Assembly: GCA_041669845.1 (NCBI GenBank)
Contig: JBAYAJ010000001.1
Coordinates: forward strand, 1 to 56,025
DNA: 56,025 nt
From: Treponema sp.
GTDB taxonomy: Bacteria > Spirochaetota > Spirochaetia > Treponematales > Treponemataceae
Direction: 5' to 3'
Shown here: piece after piece, positions 38,684-48,933 of the stretch
Layout: each line of letters opens with the position of its first letter
Numbering within the stretch: the stretch's first letter is position 1
Program-made: the position numbers and the translations under genes
The notes under the pieces: generated by a model
Database searches by the model: none
What the model was told of the DNA's origin: nothing
The model's input: only the letters and a program-made list of their open reading frames with translations

Positions 38684-39785
38684 TTTTCAACTCTGCAGAC
38701 TTTATCTGATGTCTCCGTCTAGGCAAACGGACAGACACACCAAGCGATGACAGTGCTGTACGTACAGCAAATTCAAGTTCACTACGCTGAGGATTCATAG
38801 GCAGCACAAAACGACGGCATTCGCTCCATGTACGCGCATACAATTCACCAGACGAAGAATCTGCTGAAATTTCTTTTTTCCAGTCAGTGAGTGTCTTTAC
38901 AAAATCAGAAATAAGAAAAACAAGTTTTCGACCTAAACGGATATCATTTTCTGATCCGGAAAGTTCATCAAGTTTTTTGAGACTTTCCATGTATGCATTT
39001 TCAAAATCACGGTCTGCATACATCAAAGCTGTTGCTGCCGGCTGAAGATACATATACAAATCTGTGTCCAGTGCCTCCCGGACAATATCATAGGCATGAC
39101 CACTGTTAATGATTTTCAACAGCTCCTCCGTAAGACGGGAAGGAGAAATATCTGAAAGAAGATTTGCCGAACGGCGTATCTTTCTGCGAAGAACAAAAGA
39201 CATTCTGGTACTTGTCGTTGCAGAATATTTTACGGCACGAAGCATTCGTACCGGATCTTCAATAAAAATCCGGTCCATAGCGATAACAGGACGCAGTGCA
39301 TGTTTTCGGATATCGCGCACACCTCCGACATAATCTATAACCTGTTCCCTGGCAGGATCATAATAAAGCGCATTCAGCGTAAAATCTCTTCTGCGAACAT
39401 CTTCATCCATTGAACCGAAATCGTTTCCGATAGAACCTTCCACCGTAGAACGAAACGTACTGACTTCAAAAATCTTCGGACCGACAAGAACGTGAACAAG
39501 GCGGAACCGTCTGCCGATTATCCGGGAATTTCTGAAAATTTTTTTTATTCTCGATGGAGTCGCATCGGTAACAATATCAAAATCCTTGGGGACATTGCCT
39601 ACAAGTAGATCGCGTACAGCTCCCCCGACAATATAGGAATTAAAACCTGCATCACGCAGGCGTTCAACTATACGAAGAGCATCATTATCTATTTTTTCTT
39701 TCGGAATACCGTGTTCTGATTTTGTATAAATTACAGCTTTCTTAACAGGCTTACCGTTTTTATCAGTTCCATAACGAATCAGCAC
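38670..39785 (-). CDS. pcnB: Poly(A) polymerase
   Basis: VGGAVRD, KDFD, PAP-specific signature IIGRRFRLVHV, RRDFTLNAL, EDPVRMLRA. Likely GTG start at 39785. Confidence 0.9.
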   Translation of the reverse strand: MLIRYGTDKNGKPVKKAVIYTKSEHGIPKEKIDNDALRIVERLRDAGFNSYIVGGAVRDLLVGNVPKDFDIVTDATPSRIKKIFRNSRIIGRRFRLVHVLVGPKIFEVSTFRSTVEGSIGNDFGSMDEDVRRRDFTLNALYYDPAREQVIDYVGGVRDIRKHALRPVIAMDRIFIEDPVRMLRAVKYSATTSTRMSFVLRRKIRRSANLLSDISPSRLTEELLKIINSGHAYDIVREALDTDLYMYLQPAATALMYADRDFENAYMESLKKLDELSGSENDIRLGRKLVFLISDFVKTLTDWKKEISADSSSGELYARTWSECRRFVLPMNPQRSELEFAVRTALSSLGVSVRLPRRRHQIKSAELKSGVQ

Positions 39786-39825
39786 AATATATTGATAATA
39801 TGACTTGTAATGCCATTTCGTCAAG

Positions 39826-40776
39826 TCAAGGTTTTATTCTACTGTTAATCCATAACAGAAAATCGTTTGTCACCGTATCTTTGTCGATTTCATTAAAAAT
39901 CTCATGACGGTCTTCTGGATATTCTTTCAGGGTAACGTCAGTTATCCCGTTTTTCCTGTAAATATGGAATAAGTTCTTGACACTTTTTCCATAATCTCCA
40001 ACGGGATCTTCACTCCCGTAAGCAATAAGTACCGGCAGAGTATGCGGTATTTTCTTCAAATTCGATGCAGCATGTATCTTTTTAAGTCCCTGTGCCATAT
40101 CACAGAAAAAACCCGTCGTGGGATCAAAACCACACCATTTATCGTCCATGTACATCTGTACGTTACTCTTGTCACGGCTCAACCATTCCAGCCCGTTTAC
40201 AGAATTGGAAATATGCTTTGTATATGAGCCGAATGCCATATGTTTCAAAAATGGTGAACAGTATTTTCTCCCTTTAAACAGCGCTACAATATGAGCTGTA
40301 AAACTTCCTGCCATTACAAGAGGAATACGAGGGCCGGAAGTTCCACATAATGCGCATGCATCAATATGACTACCGTATGTTTCAATATATGCCTGTGACA
40401 CAAAAGAACCAAACGAATGACCAAGTAATACAACTTTCTTCTCTGGAAAATCATTCTTAATACGGATAATTACTTCATTCAAATCACCTGTAACACGGTT
40501 AAATCCATCTTTTTCTGCAAGCATACCGAACATACCTGTTCCGTCGCTTTCAGCTTTCTGCGCCGTCTTTCCATGCCCCCGCTGGTCATAAGCACAGAAT
40601 ATCCATCCGTTTTCAGCAAGGATCGATCCCAACCGGTCATAGCGCATCGCATGTTCCATCATACCATGACACAACTGTACTATTCCATTTATATTATGGT
40701 CTTTATCGGGAATCCACCGGTTTACCGAGATTTCCATTCCATCGCTCATTTTTTGATAAAAACTCTGCATCTGCAT
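39826..40776 (-). CDS. Alpha/beta hydrolase (lysophospholipase-like)
   Basis: HGMMEH, DQRGHG, GHSFG, EDPVG, RHEIFNE. Confidence 0.92.
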   Translation of the reverse strand: MQMQSFYQKMSDGMEISVNRWIPDKDHNINGIVQLCHGMMEHAMRYDRLGSILAENGWIFCAYDQRGHGKTAQKAESDGTGMFGMLAEKDGFNRVTGDLNEVIIRIKNDFPEKKVVLLGHSFGSFVSQAYIETYGSHIDACALCGTSGPRIPLVMAGSFTAHIVALFKGRKYCSPFLKHMAFGSYTKHISNSVNGLEWLSRDKSNVQMYMDDKWCGFDPTTGFFCDMAQGLKKIHAASNLKKIPHTLPVLIAYGSEDPVGDYGKSVKNLFHIYRKNGITDVTLKEYPEDRHEIFNEIDKDTVTNDFLLWINSRIKP

Positions 40777-40818
40777 GATTACTATCCCCCATTTAAAAAA
40801 TCTGATACACTAGTATAA

Positions 40819-42066
40819 ATGTATATACATCCTATTATTATAACAGAAAAAATAGTTTTCGGGGGAAACTGTATAGGAAAAAATACCGGTAAAACAGTTT
40901 TTGTACCGTATGCGGTTCCCGGAGAAAAACTTGAAGTCGAAATTACAGATTCAAAGCGTGACTATGATATGGCCCGCATAGTGAATATTCTTGAACCGTC
41001 ACCTTACCGAATACAGCCAGTCTGCGGGTATTACGGCTTATGCGGTGGATGCAATATGATGCATATAGAACCTGCATACCAGAAGGAACTGCGGAAACAG
41101 GTACTTTCCGACTGCTTCAGACGCTGTGGTATCGTCATACCTGAAATAACCGTATTTTCCGGACCAGATACAGGGTACCGCTGTCGATTTCAGTTGAACG
41201 ACGGAGGACTTACAGGTAAAAACAGCAGCACAATAATTCCTGTAAACAGCTGTTCTGTTGCAAATAAAGAAATAAACAACTGGTTTTCGCTTGTAAAGCC
41301 GTCTCAGCGTCCTTCAGGACGAATCCATCTCTTCGGGGCAGATCGTGTCATATCGGCTGGAGGAAACGATGGTAGTAAAGTAGTTGTTTCTCTTCCTGAA
41401 TCAGATCCGGCTCAGACACATACCGGAGGCGGAAAAAAAATAATAAAAAACCGTATTGTAAAACATTTTTCAGGTACAGTTCTTTCTCCGGAAAATATAG
41501 TGACAGTTTCTCTACTTGGTAAAAAAATCAGCTTCGATGTACGGGGATTTTTTCAGTCTAATCTGACGGTACTTGAATCTGCCATACAGGCGCTCTGCAG
41601 CGGACTAAGCGGCTCTAATGTACTTGATATGTACAGCGGCTGCGGTACGTTCTCGGTATTTCTTGCAGACCGATTCAACAAAGTAACGCTTGTTGAACAT
41701 AACCGCGATTCACTTGTATTCGCCGAACAGAACATGGCAGGAAAGAAACATACAAGTTTCGGCGTAAGCGGTGAAAAATGGGTACAGCAGTTCGCTGCGG
41801 AGCAGCCGGATTTTGATGCAGCAGTGATTGATCCTCCCAGAAACGGCATGGAAGATGCAGTCTGCAGATGGCTGTGTACAAGCAGAATTCCGGTCATCCG
41901 TTCACTTTCCTGCGACCCTGCAACACATGCACGTGATATATCCCGCCTTATTGCAGCCGGTTACAGACTTGAATCACTTACGCTGCTCGATTTCTATCCG
42001 AATACCTGCCATATTGAAAGCCTGGCATCGCTTGTTCTGGAAAACAATAATGGAAAGACTGTCTGA
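40819..42066 (+). CDS. TRAM-domain RNA m5U methyltransferase (RlmD/TrmA family)
   Basis: FVPYAVPGE; CGYYGLCGGC Fe-S motif; FFQSN; LDMYSGCG; DPPR; SCDPAT; FYPNTCHIE. Confidence 0.92.
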   Translation: MYIHPIIITEKIVFGGNCIGKNTGKTVFVPYAVPGEKLEVEITDSKRDYDMARIVNILEPSPYRIQPVCGYYGLCGGCNMMHIEPAYQKELRKQVLSDCFRRCGIVIPEITVFSGPDTGYRCRFQLNDGGLTGKNSSTIIPVNSCSVANKEINNWFSLVKPSQRPSGRIHLFGADRVISAGGNDGSKVVVSLPESDPAQTHTGGGKKIIKNRIVKHFSGTVLSPENIVTVSLLGKKISFDVRGFFQSNLTVLESAIQALCSGLSGSNVLDMYSGCGTFSVFLADRFNKVTLVEHNRDSLVFAEQNMAGKKHTSFGVSGEKWVQQFAAEQPDFDAAVIDPPRNGMEDAVCRWLCTSRIPVIRSLSCDPATHARDISRLIAAGYRLESLTLLDFYPNTCHIESLASLVLENNNGKTV

Positions 42067-43870
42067 AATTATACACATCTGCATAGTATTTTTAGTTGTT
42101 TCAGCAGAAATACCTTCTCTTTCTGCTGAAACAACTACTGTAAGACAGATTATGGTTTCCTCACAGGAAGCAAACTGGAATGCAGTGGTAAGTGGTGAAG
42201 CTGTATGTGCTCCGGAACTGACATCTTACGGATTTGCCGTTCTCACAGACGGACGGATGATTTCAGCGTGTACTGATACAGGCACAATCCTCTGGCAGCG
42301 TGCGGTTCCCGGCAGACCGGATCCATTTCTCACAGTGCTTGACGGTGATTTTCTTCTCACGGTAAACGACGGACAGACACTTTCACTCACTAATCCCAGC
42401 GGGCTGACACTCTGGTCTTCAACTGTTCCCTTTTCAATAATTTCAGCTCCGCATAAAGGACGAGACGGTCGTATCTTTGTACGCGGCAGAAAAAATATTG
42501 CCTGTTACAGCATAAAAGGAATATGCAAGTGGCATCTTTCAACAGAACAACAGAGTCAGATCCCTTTAATGGAACTTCCGGACGGCAGCCTTGTCGTATT
42601 TCTAATGCAACCGGACGGCGGCAAAACAGCGGCAGTACGTATCTCTCCGTTCGGTGAAATACTTGAACAAATAACTTTTACAGGTATTGTAACATCAGCC
42701 GCGTCATGCAGCGACGGGCTGCTGCTTACATTTACCGGAGGAGGTGCCGGTTTATGTTCGATTAAAAATAATAATGTACACTCAGTATGGGCTCTTTCTG
42801 CAGACAACAGTATATTTTCGGGAACAACAAAAAATGACAATACGTTCTTTCTTCCATCCCGTTCTTCCCGGGCTGTTCTTGTGCAGTCTCAGTCAGGAAA
42901 TGCAAAAATAACGCTGTTCAATACCAGAAGCGGTGCAGTTTTATCAACACTTACAGTTCCAAATATCAACACGAACAGAACCGTATATACAGCAGTGTCT
43001 GAAAACGGGTTCTTTATCGCAGATGACAATCATGCTGTGTATATTTCTGACAGCGGAGTCTGTAGATGGAGTGCCATACTGCCTCTTAAAAACAGCAGCA
43101 GCACGGCATGGAATTATCTCACATATACAACGAGTGGTTTTCTTGTGTTCTGCAGAACTTCATGGGCTGTCACCGGGTACCGCATTATGCAGGACCTTCC
43201 ATCAACACAGAACTTTGAAAAAAAGCTTCCAACCCCAAATTATGACTCATTCATAAGATCAAATGAACAGAACGATATACCGCTCAAAATCTGGTCGATT
43301 ACCAATGACCTCGGAAGCGGCTTGACAGGAGACGGGCGCCGCAGTGAGCTGCTCAATGGAATGTACGGTAGAAACGAAATAAAATGGACGAATGAGCTTC
43401 TTAATGCTGGACGCGAATATCTCTCTTTTCTGCGTAATTCAAGTTCAGGCGGTCGTCCAGAATCTTCTGTATTCAGTACCGACATAACAGGGACAGACCG
43501 CATGTTGAGTCAACTCCCGCTGTACGGTACAGACACATTCCAGCCTCTTATTGCGCAACTCATTAATTGTGAAAGAAACAGGACACATATGCATACACTG
43601 CTCGAAACAGCAGCCGTTTGTGGATACGATCCGGATGACAAATTGCTTGATTCACTTGACAACGCACTCTTTTCCATATCCGTACAGGACGACGTACTTC
43701 TTTTTTCCCTGTGCGATGCCGTCTATTCGATATGCCGTTTTATGGGAAGGCCTGCTTTCTATAAGCATGGACGGGAAATACTTTCAAAACTACTGTATCC
43801 GCAGTACGACAACCGTGTTCATGTATATGCACGGAATATTTTAACGAATATTTCCGGTCTAAAATTATAA
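42050..43870 (+). CDS. Exported PQQ-like beta-propeller protein with helical C-terminus
   Basis: Repeats GTILWQ, GLTLWS, GICKWH, GVCRWS; signal-like N-terminus from ATG 42050. Confidence 0.75.
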   Translation: MERLSEIIHICIVFLVVSAEIPSLSAETTTVRQIMVSSQEANWNAVVSGEAVCAPELTSYGFAVLTDGRMISACTDTGTILWQRAVPGRPDPFLTVLDGDFLLTVNDGQTLSLTNPSGLTLWSSTVPFSIISAPHKGRDGRIFVRGRKNIACYSIKGICKWHLSTEQQSQIPLMELPDGSLVVFLMQPDGGKTAAVRISPFGEILEQITFTGIVTSAASCSDGLLLTFTGGGAGLCSIKNNNVHSVWALSADNSIFSGTTKNDNTFFLPSRSSRAVLVQSQSGNAKITLFNTRSGAVLSTLTVPNINTNRTVYTAVSENGFFIADDNHAVYISDSGVCRWSAILPLKNSSSTAWNYLTYTTSGFLVFCRTSWAVTGYRIMQDLPSTQNFEKKLPTPNYDSFIRSNEQNDIPLKIWSITNDLGSGLTGDGRRSELLNGMYGRNEIKWTNELLNAGREYLSFLRNSSSGGRPESSVFSTDITGTDRMLSQLPLYGTDTFQPLIAQLINCERNRTHMHTLLETAAVCGYDPDDKLLDSLDNALFSISVQDDVLLFSLCDAVYSICRFMGRPAFYKHGREILSKLLYPQYDNRVHVYARNILTNISGLKL

Positions 43871-43944
43871 GTAGCTCAAATACAATTATGATGGTATACT
43901 TTTTAACATAGTAATTAATAGAAAAGTGCTTTTTCGGAGGAATT

Positions 43945-45621
43945 ATGAACAGACAGTATAATTTATCAAATTTTTTTTTAATGGTAATCTGTACTCTTAT
44001 TTTTATGTTTCCTGTATCAGCCCTTGAGGTGGATAAATCCGAACTTGAAAGTGCAGGCAGTCAGAATACTGTCGTCTTCATAAATTATACCGGACCGCAC
44101 GCAGTCATAGATACGGTATCCAGCATCAGAGCTATAGGCTCCGGTATGGGAACTGTCGTAGGGAAAGGACCGGCATCCGCATCATCCACAGGAGAAAAAA
44201 ACAGATACTATGTCGTACATGCAGTTGATCCGTCCGAAAAAGGAAAACTTGATGCCGACATTCTGTTTATAGGAAAAGATGCTACAGTCGACCATATAGT
44301 CAATCTGCGGCGCATTATTTCGGCATATCTTTCAGCAGCATATAATTATTCAGCTAAAGATGCAGATACGCTTGCTGTATTCATAACCGTCTATAATGCT
44401 GTATACCGCGGAAAAATTGATACATATCAGGCAAAATACAAAAACGTCGTCATGACAAATCTTACGGCCACATCGTGCGGACTTGCATTAAAATACAACG
44501 AATGGCCGGGAAATACGCAGATTGTTATACCACTCTTTGATGCAGCTGACGGCGGATTAAGTACAGTCGATACATCCGTGATCAGCGACACAAAAGTCGT
44601 AAAATCAATGCAGGAAGACAACGGTAAAAATATTGAAAACCGTAAACAGATGGTCGATATAAAAGAGCGGGAAGCGGACAATGCAGCCGGAAAAGCACAA
44701 GTTTCACAAAAAAATGCGACCGAAGAACAAAAAAAACTTGTTAACGAACAGAAAAAAAACGAAGAAAAGAAACAGGAAGCTGTTCAGGCACAAAAAGAGG
44801 CTGATACTGCAGTAAAAGAAGCCGCTGCAGCACAAAAAAACGCGGAAGCAAATCCAAACGATAAACAGGCACAGTCAGCCGCACAGGAAAAACAGCTGGC
44901 AGCTGACCAAAAACAGCAGACTGCTGGTCAGAAACAGGCAGATTCAGAAAAACAGCAGCAGAAAACCGATGAACAGCAGCAGAAAACCGACGAGGCAAAG
45001 CAGCAGGCAGCAGCTGCTCAGACACAGGCCGATAAAAAGCAGACTGAAGCCCAGACAGAACGTACAGAAATAGCAAAAGACCAGCAGAAGGTCATGGATA
45101 AGTCCGCAGCTGATTCCAAGACATCTGCTATATATGGTATGCAGCTTATCGATGATACAGAATTACTTTCCGGAATGGTAAAAGTAAATGCAGAAACAGG
45201 TGAAATAATGCAGTCTTCTCCCGTGACATATATCAGAGGTAGAACTGTTTATACAGCAGGGAACAATTTTATTGCAATTGCCGGTGAAAACAGCGGTAAC
45301 GGAGCTGTAAAACTGATTCTTCTTGATCCAGCCACTATGGAAATGACAAAAGAAAGCAACGAAACGGTCTCTGAAAATTCAGTACTCGTACAGGACGGCA
45401 GCGACTTCTACTGCATCATACAGGACAGCAATATCTGGGTACTTGGCAAATATGACTCCGCTCTGACGCTCAAACTCAAGTCACCAGTCTCTGTAAAAAA
45501 CAGCACTCCTGTCACAGTTTCCGGTGATAAAATTATAGTTACCGGAAGCGATGGCAAAATCAGACTGTTGTCAAAAAACGATCTTACGGAAGTAACATCA
45601 GCAACAGACACAAAAAAGTAA
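43945..45621 (+). CDS. P83/100-family spirochaete antigen
   Basis: LEVDKSEL, FINYTGP, LDADI, VDHIVNLRRII.AYL, FITVYNAVYRG, WPGNTQIVIPL; central Q/K/A coiled coil. Confidence 0.88.
   Translation: MNRQYNLSNFFLMVICTLIFMFPVSALEVDKSELESAGSQNTVVFINYTGPHAVIDTVSSIRAIGSGMGTVVGKGPASASSTGEKNRYYVVHAVDPSEKGKLDADILFIGKDATVDHIVNLRRIISAYLSAAYNYSAKDADTLAVFITVYNAVYRGKIDTYQAKYKNVVMTNLTATSCGLALKYNEWPGNTQIVIPLFDAADGGLSTVDTSVISDTKVVKSMQEDNGKNIENRKQMVDIKEREADNAAGKAQVSQKNATEEQKKLVNEQKKNEEKKQEAVQAQKEADTAVKEAAAAQKNAEANPNDKQAQSAAQEKQLAADQKQQTAGQKQADSEKQQQKTDEQQQKTDEAKQQAAAAQTQADKKQTEAQTERTEIAKDQQKVMDKSAADSKTSAIYGMQLIDDTELLSGMVKVNAETGEIMQSSPVTYIRGRTVYTAGNNFIAIAGENSGNGAVKLILLDPATMEMTKESNETVSENSVLVQDGSDFYCIIQDSNIWVLGKYDSALTLKLKSPVSVKNSTPVTVSGDKIIVTGSDGKIRLLSKNDLTEVTSATDTKK
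44951..44990 (+). repeat. 21-bp-period tandem duplication (QQQKTDE x2)
   Basis: AACAGCAGCAGAAAACCGA at 44951 and 44972. Confidence 0.8.
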
Positions 45622-45633
45622 AATAACTCAAAG

Positions 45634-46953
45634 TTACTGTTCCTGTTTGTTTTCATATTTTGTACAGGCTGGAACAAATACGATATCTACAGGCCCTGTT
45701 GCTCCGTTACGCTGCTTTGCGATAATCAGTTTTGCAGGCTGGACAGGATCTTCGCATTTCCGGTCGCGGTGTATAAAAATAACAACATCGGCATCCTGTT
45801 CGACGGAGCCGGAACCGCGTAACTGGGCAAGGTTTGGTTCTTCACCTTCTGCCTCACGAGAAACCTGAGACAACGCCACAATCGGGATATCAAGTTCACG
45901 TGCCAGCGCTTTCAGCGATTTTGATATTTCTGCAACCTGCTCATATACAGGAGCAGATGCATCTTCCGTCGTAATAAGACCTATGTAATCGATAAAAATT
46001 ATTTTTACGTCGTGATTGGCAACAAGCCGCCGTGCCATTGCACGTAAATCTATAAGCTTCATATTCGGCGTATCAATAATAAAAAGAGGAGCTTTAAAAC
46101 ACCGTCCTGCCGCGTCCTGCAGTTTCTGAAAATCCTTAAGTTGCAAAAGGCCAGACTTGAGTTTACCGCCTGGAATGCGGGATTCCTGAGAAAGAAGACG
46201 CTGCCCTATTGACTGATACGACATTTCAAGAGAAAAGAAACCACATGGAATATTTTTATCGATTGTAATATATTCCATCATTGAAAGCGCAAGTGCCGTT
46301 TTACCTATTGAAGGACGGGCACCTATAACAATCAGTTCAGAATTCTGAAAACCACTTGTCATCGTATCCAGCTGATGAAATCCCGACGGAATACCGGTGA
46401 ATGCATTTTTACTCTTATACCGTTTGTCTATAAGATCAATCGTAGTTGTCATGACTTCGTTCATATCATGAACTTTAGTCGTCTCATTGCGTTCAGACAG
46501 AGCAAAAATCTTCTTCTCTGCTTCCTCTATAAGTATCTGACTGTCATGAGTTTCATCAAACGAAGATGCATGCATTTCCGACGATATCTTTATAAGATCA
46601 CGACGGTATGCCTGGTCAAGTACAATTTGTGCATAGTATTGAACATTGGCACTTGTTGGTACGGTATCTGTTAAAGAAGCAAGATACGCTGCACCACCAG
46701 CTTTCTCAAGGTTTCCTTCTTTTGTAAGTTCATTAATAACAGTAAGTGTATCGCCTTTAACGCTCTGACCGAAAAGATTTATCATCGCCTGATATATAAT
46801 CTGGTTCTGAAGAGAATAAAAACGGTCGGGACGCAGTATAGTGACAATATCCGATACAGCGCTCCAGTCAAGAAGAAGCGCTCCCAATGTTGCCTGCTCT
46901 GCTTCCATACTGTGCGGCGGTACTTTGTCTTTTAATTGTGTCCCGTTTTCCAT
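45634..46953 (-). CDS. dnaB: Replicative DNA helicase
   Basis: PPHSMEAEQ, GARPSIGKT, FSLEM, IDYIGL, LSQVSR, LRGSGSVEQDAD, AKQRNG. Confidence 0.97.
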   Translation of the reverse strand: MENGTQLKDKVPPHSMEAEQATLGALLLDWSAVSDIVTILRPDRFYSLQNQIIYQAMINLFGQSVKGDTLTVINELTKEGNLEKAGGAAYLASLTDTVPTSANVQYYAQIVLDQAYRRDLIKISSEMHASSFDETHDSQILIEEAEKKIFALSERNETTKVHDMNEVMTTTIDLIDKRYKSKNAFTGIPSGFHQLDTMTSGFQNSELIVIGARPSIGKTALALSMMEYITIDKNIPCGFFSLEMSYQSIGQRLLSQESRIPGGKLKSGLLQLKDFQKLQDAAGRCFKAPLFIIDTPNMKLIDLRAMARRLVANHDVKIIFIDYIGLITTEDASAPVYEQVAEISKSLKALARELDIPIVALSQVSREAEGEEPNLAQLRGSGSVEQDADVVIFIHRDRKCEDPVQPAKLIIAKQRNGATGPVDIVFVPACTKYENKQEQ

Positions 46954-46974
46954 TACAATACTCCTTTGTGATAC

Positions 46975-47016
46975 TTATAAACAGGATATCAACAACTTTT
47001 TAACATGATATCCACA
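46975..47016 (+). promoter_or_regulatory. Array of four DnaA-box-like 9-mers upstream of dnaB
   Basis: TTATAAACA gg ATATCAACA ac TTTTTAACA tg ATATCCACA, with an exact 11-bp period. Confidence 0.55.
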
Positions 47017-47042
47017 AGTAGATACATATTCCTAAAGACACA

Positions 47043-47075
47043 GAAAGCCGGCAGTTTACAAAACTGCCGGCTTTC
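47043..47075 (-). terminator. Intrinsic terminator after rplI
   Basis: Perfect 15-bp inverted repeat GAAAGCCGGCAGTTT-aca-AAACTGCCGGCTTTC, 23 bp downstream of the rplI stop. Confidence 0.85.
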
Positions 47076-47098
47076 AAAACCAACATTCCGCTGACAGA

Positions 47099-47665
47099 TT
47101 ATTCTGCGTTATTTTTTGCCGTATTGGTATTTTCTCCCATTGCGGCACTTTCTACCGGTTCAGCTTTTCTTTCTTTCCGCACTTTCTTTGACGTTTCTTT
47201 AGGTTCGTTTCCTTTATCTTCCTGACCTTTTACAGCTATCTTCATTTCAGCTGTCTGAGATTCATACAGTTTTACAGAAAAATGATAATTTCCGACAGAC
47301 TTGATTGTCAATCCAGGAATATCAATCCGCTTACGCTCAATTTCAAAACCCTGTTTTGAAAGCAGGTCAACAACAACCTGTGTCGTAACAGCTCCAAAAA
47401 GTTTACCGTTCTTTCCACACGGCATAACGATTTCAAGATTGAGTGCTTCAAGTTTTTCCTTGAGGCCTGCAGAAGCACTGCGTTTCTGTTCTTTACGAGT
47501 TTCAATCTCAGCCCTGCGGCTCTCGAAAGCAGCTACCGTTGCATCATTGTACGGAACTGCAAGATTACGCGGTCCAAGAAAGTTGCGGTAATAACCATTA
47601 GCAACATTCTTTACATCGCCCTCTTCACCGAGGGACTTAACATCAACATTCAGAATGACTTTCAT
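47099..47665 (-). CDS. rplI: 50S ribosomal protein L9
   Basis: MKVIL..DVKSLG..GDVKNVANGYYRNFL; GKLFGAVT. Confidence 0.97.
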   Translation of the reverse strand: MKVILNVDVKSLGEEGDVKNVANGYYRNFLGPRNLAVPYNDATVAAFESRRAEIETRKEQKRSASAGLKEKLEALNLEIVMPCGKNGKLFGAVTTQVVVDLLSKQGFEIERKRIDIPGLTIKSVGNYHFSVKLYESQTAEMKIAVKGQEDKGNEPKETSKKVRKERKAEPVESAAMGENTNTAKNNAE

Positions 47666-47728
47666 ATCAAGCTCCTATTTTTCTTTCAGGCTGCGTCACC
47701 AGGAGTTGGATCGCCGCCTGATATTTTT

Positions 47729-48109
47729 TTAGTCAGCAACAAACGGAAGCAGACAGATTGAACGTGCACGTTTGATTGCGCGGGCAAGCTCTCTCTGGTG
47801 TTTTGCACATGTACCTGTTATGCGGCGTGGAAGAATTTTGCCCCGTTCTGTTGTAAAACGACGGAGACTGTCGGCATCCTTATAGTCGATTTTTGCCTTA
47901 TTTGCGCAAAAACGACATACCTTCTTGCGGAAATATGTCTTGCCCTTTCCACTGCGCCCGTTTCCGTCGCGCTCTTCACTGTCATTTCCATCGCGGTCAG
48001 TATCATTATTCATACTGACATCGAGGTTTGCATCAGCCATTTTCTCATCAACAGGGGCATTTGCCTCTGTTGCATTATCTTTAGATTCGTCTGCCATATT
48101 TTTCTCCAT
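47729..48109 (-). CDS. rpsR: 30S ribosomal protein S18 with acidic N-terminal extension
   Basis: [33 protein letters not shown]. The start may be 48097. Confidence 0.96.
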   Translation of the reverse strand: MEKNMADESKDNATEANAPVDEKMADANLDVSMNNDTDRDGNDSEERDGNGRSGKGKTYFRKKVCRFCANKAKIDYKDADSLRRFTTERGKILPRRITGTCAKHQRELARAIKRARSICLLPFVAD

Positions 48110-48112
48110 TAA

Positions 48113-48604
48113 TCAGAAAGGAATGTCTTCAGGAAAACCGCCGTCAGCAGGCACTGCATTATCTGCAGTATATGTATTGTTCTGCATATCATCCAGCTGT
48201 GTATTCATTGCAGGTTTTGGCTGGAATTTCGGAGCACCCCCGGCACTCTGGCCGCCATCCGATTTTCCACCAAGAAGCTGCACAGAGTTTGCGACAACAG
48301 TAATTTTACTGAAATTCTGTCCATCCTTCTGCCAGCGGTCCTGTTTTAAATAACCGTCTACAGCAATCTGCTTTCCTTTCATCAGATACTGCTTAAGATT
48401 TTCAGCTGTTTTCCCCCAGATCGTTATATCAAAATAATTTACTTCGTCAGTCCACTGGTCGCCTTCTTTTTTGCTTCTGTTTACAGCTATGCTCACATTA
48501 GCACGAGCCAACTGACCATTCCCTACATATGCAAATGAACGCTCATCAGCACCGAGGTCTTTTGTAAGACGTCCTATAAGGAATACGTGATTCATATCTG
48601 TCAT
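48113..48604 (-). CDS. ssb: Single-stranded DNA-binding protein
   Basis: NHVFLIGRLTKD, WGKTAE, KGKQIAVDG; C-terminal EDIPF. Confidence 0.97.
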   Translation of the reverse strand: MTDMNHVFLIGRLTKDLGADERSFAYVGNGQLARANVSIAVNRSKKEGDQWTDEVNYFDITIWGKTAENLKQYLMKGKQIAVDGYLKQDRWQKDGQNFSKITVVANSVQLLGGKSDGGQSAGGAPKFQPKPAMNTQLDDMQNNTYTADNAVPADGGFPEDIPF

Positions 48605-48639
48605 ACTTCACCTCCAGTCTTCTGACTTTTCAAATATTT

Positions 48640-48933
48640 TTATTTTGCTTCTTTTTCATCAAGTCTTACGAAAAGATATTTAAGCAGGTTCATATTGATT
48701 TTGAACTGCCTGTCAAGGTCTGAAATCTTTCCGGGATTAAGTTTAAGAGTGAACAGAATAAAACGACCACGTTTCTGTTTGTCTACTTCGTAGGTAAGAT
48801 CGCGGTCTCCGAACGGTTCTTCTTTTTCAATTTCCGCACCATATTGTGCAAGAACACTATGCACATCGTCGGTGCCTTTCTTTGACTTATCCTCATCGAT
48901 CGGGAAGATAGTCATAAGTTCATATTTTCTCAT
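48640..48933 (-). CDS. rpsF: 30S ribosomal protein S6
   Basis: MRKYELMTI, GDRDLTYEV; first gene of rpsF-ssb-rpsR-rplI. Confidence 0.95.
   Translation of the reverse strand: MRKYELMTIFPIDEDKSKKGTDDVHSVLAQYGAEIEKEEPFGDRDLTYEVDKQKRGRFILFTLKLNPGKISDLDRQFKINMNLLKYLFVRLDEKEAK

Noticed and set aside
41828-42049. Long N-terminal extension of the beta-propeller ORF overlapping the methyltransferase gene
   Set aside because: ATG 42050 gives a signal-peptide start with only a short overlap.
47685-47721. Imperfect GC-rich hairpin between rpsR and rplI
   Set aside because: Bulged stem without a clear U-tract directly after it; cannot tell a processing site from chance.
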